Assembly: GCA_032718475.1 (NCBI GenBank)
Contig: JAUCBJ010005583.1
Location: forward strand, 1 to 42,300
DNA from: Nemertoderma westbladi
Lineage: Eukaryota; Animalia; Xenacoelomorpha
Reading direction: 5' to 3'
Length of the DNA: 42,300 bases
Position 1 is the stretch's first letter; each line of letters opens with the position of its first letter. Below the pieces are notes generated by a model, which searched no databases, had not been told where the DNA came from, and saw nothing but the letters and a program-made list of their open reading frames with translations. A program made the position numbers and the translations under genes. Positions 42,271-42,300 of this stretch are shown here, piece by piece.

Positions 42271-42300
42271 ACGAATTTCTGAACCGATTTCCTAAGCTGT

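Overview
This is animal genomic DNA with two convergent intron-containing genes in a transposon-rich setting. On the + strand is a complete 8-exon focal adhesion kinase gene (FAK/PTK2-like, 12691-29518, about 929 aa) with FERM domain, Y397-type DDYAEI linker, tyrosine kinase and FAT domain. On the - strand are the last three exons of a RIB43A/RIBC ciliary gene (39867 down to 35296). Mobile elements include two CR1/L2-group LINEs (one with an intact 1093-aa PHD-EN-RT ORF inside FAK intron 3), two RTE-type LINE fragments, a deleted MULE transposon and a 3.2-kb foldback element (both with 9-bp target-site duplications, TSDs), a PIF/Harbinger MITE and a tRNA-derived SINE. The most striking feature is that three long tandem arrays are amplified copies of the genes' own splice junctions: about 136 x 32 bp of a FAK donor, about 80 x 38 bp of a FAK acceptor, and 27 x 39 bp of an in-frame RIB43A donor. 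A fourth junction shows an early-stage duplication. A perfect head-to-head library adapter at 1455-1506 marks a probable chimeric assembly join. All gene models were read by eye from GT-AG signals and recalled family motifs; no alignments or searches were run.
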